IMG/VR virus record: IMGVR_UViG_3300043447_000415
Span: 1-64,000 of that record
DNA from: a virus
Taxonomy: Duplodnaviria > Caudoviricetes
DNA length: 64,000 nucleotides
Direction: 5' to 3' (one strand)
Within the stretch, counting starts at the first letter, position 1. Every line of letters begins with the position of its first letter. The notes below the pieces were generated by a model, which saw nothing but the letters and a program-made list of their open reading frames with translations, did no database searches and had not been told where the DNA came from. The translations under genes and the position numbers were made by a program. Positions 63,282 to 64,000 of this stretch are shown in pieces.

Positions 63282-63646
63282 TCGTCGTCTTTCGCGTTTT
63301 CGCGCTTCATGGCGCGCAGGTTCTTGTTGAACCAGCTCACAACCTTCGGGTTGCTCATCCACATCTCCACCAGGCCGTTCGTGACCTGTGTGGTGATGTG
63401 CTCTTCTTCGGCGCCGTCTTTAACGCCGTACACCCAGTTGATGGCGTGAATCAGCTCGTGCTGGACGACGTTCACCGCCCGCTGGCGATGCAAGGTGTCG
63501 TCGAGGTAGATGCGGAAGGTCTCGAAGTCCGTGATGCCGTCGCAGCCCTCGAGGATCGGGCTCTCGGCGGGCGTCGAGACGCTCAACCGGAACGTGTACT
63601 GTCCGATCTTGACGCGACGTGGAAGACCGCTGAATACGTCATTCAT
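63278..63646 (-). CDS. HExxH zincin-like protein
   Basis: VVQHELIHAI...EEH. Confidence 0.65.
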   Translation of the reverse strand: MNDVFSGLPRRVKIGQYTFRLSVSTPAESPILEGCDGITDFETFRIYLDDTLHRQRAVNVVQHELIHAINWVYGVKDGAEEEHITTQVTNGLVEMWMSNPKVVSWFNKNLRAMKRENAKDDE

Positions 63647-64000
63647 GACTTAGCCTCGGCGGTGGTCATGACGCCCTTGATGAAGCGCACGAACGCTTCC
63701 GCCCCGGTAACACCCATCTCTTCCTCGATTTGGGCCATGAAGCGGGCAACGTGACGCTCGTCTGCGCCTGGGATCGCTTTGAAGCCGAGCGCTTTGTCGA
63801 TCTTGACCTCTCGCGCATCCACTTCGGCGACCTTCTGAACACTTTCGTCCGCCTGCTTGGCTACCTCGACCTCGATGTCGTCCACGAACGCATCGGTGTT
63901 GAAGTCGCCCAGGTCGGCTTCCATGAACTCGAGTTCCTTCTTGTCGAAGATGCCTTCCAGGTCGAAGTCCAGGTCGGCGAGCTCCTTCTGGAGAATGGCG
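63643..64000 (-). CDS. ParB-like protein, C-terminal part (start outside window)
   Basis: Frame open to the window edge: AILQKELADLDFDLEGIFDKKEL resembles the tail of phage ParB-N proteins; the ParB domain itself is not visible. Confidence 0.5.
   Translation of the reverse strand, partial: AILQKELADLDFDLEGIFDKKELEFMEADLGDFNTDAFVDDIEVEVAKQADESVQKVAEVDAREVKIDKALGFKAIPGADERHVARFMAQIEEEMGVTGAEAFVRFIKGVMTTAEAKS

Larger units (their letters stand above)
1..64000 (-). mobile_element. Temperate siphovirus / probable phage-plasmid (SSU5/pHCM2-like organisation), extends beyond both window ends
   Basis: Complete head, tail and lysis modules plus DnaE, RecA, CobS/CobT-like, PhoH and ParB-ABC-GNAT block, all co-oriented; no host genes; family assignment from remembered gene content, not a search. 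Confidence 0.8.

Noticed and set aside
1814-63651. Palindrome as a conserved RNA hairpin, CRP/FNR box or parS
   Set aside because: Variants break base pairing without consistent compensation, and the consensus differs from TGTGA-N6-TCACA, TTGAT-N4-ATCAA and TGTTTCACGTGAAACA. A non-canonical ParB site is not fully excluded.
1-64000. CRISPR array
   Set aside because: No regularly spaced direct repeats with unique spacers; the recurring palindrome is dispersed, not arrayed

Overview
The whole 64 kb window is one GC-rich temperate tailed-phage genome segment. Essentially every real gene is on the minus strand, and no host chromosomal gene is visible. Gene content and order resemble SSU5/pHCM2-type phage-plasmids; this is recognition by eye, not a database result. 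In transcription order (right to left) the window holds: a ParB-like/ABC-ATPase/thioredoxin/GNAT/winged-helix block; terminase, portal, scaffold and capsid; a lambda-like siphovirus tail (tube, G/GT chaperones with a -1 slippery site, tape measure, M, L, K, I, J); four fibre genes around a holin/SAR-endolysin/Rz/Rz1 cassette and a partly decayed accessory cassette; then phosphoesterase, PhoH, an Hfq-like protein, helicase, primase, WGR protein, ATP-dependent ligase and guanylate kinase. After these come a tRNA-Ser attP-like site with a truncated integrase, a CobT/CobS-like vWA/AAA+ pair, a sigma-like factor, DnaE fused to a UDG-like fold, and UvsY-like, gp32-like, 5'-3' exonuclease and RecA genes. 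The strongest signal not explained by the ORFs is a 16-bp palindrome, AAGTCA-N4-TGACTT. I found about 28 copies by eye, all at gene junctions or in promoter regions. All five perfect copies overlap the -35 box of sigma70-like promoters in the same register, which points to a dispersed, genome-wide operator network.
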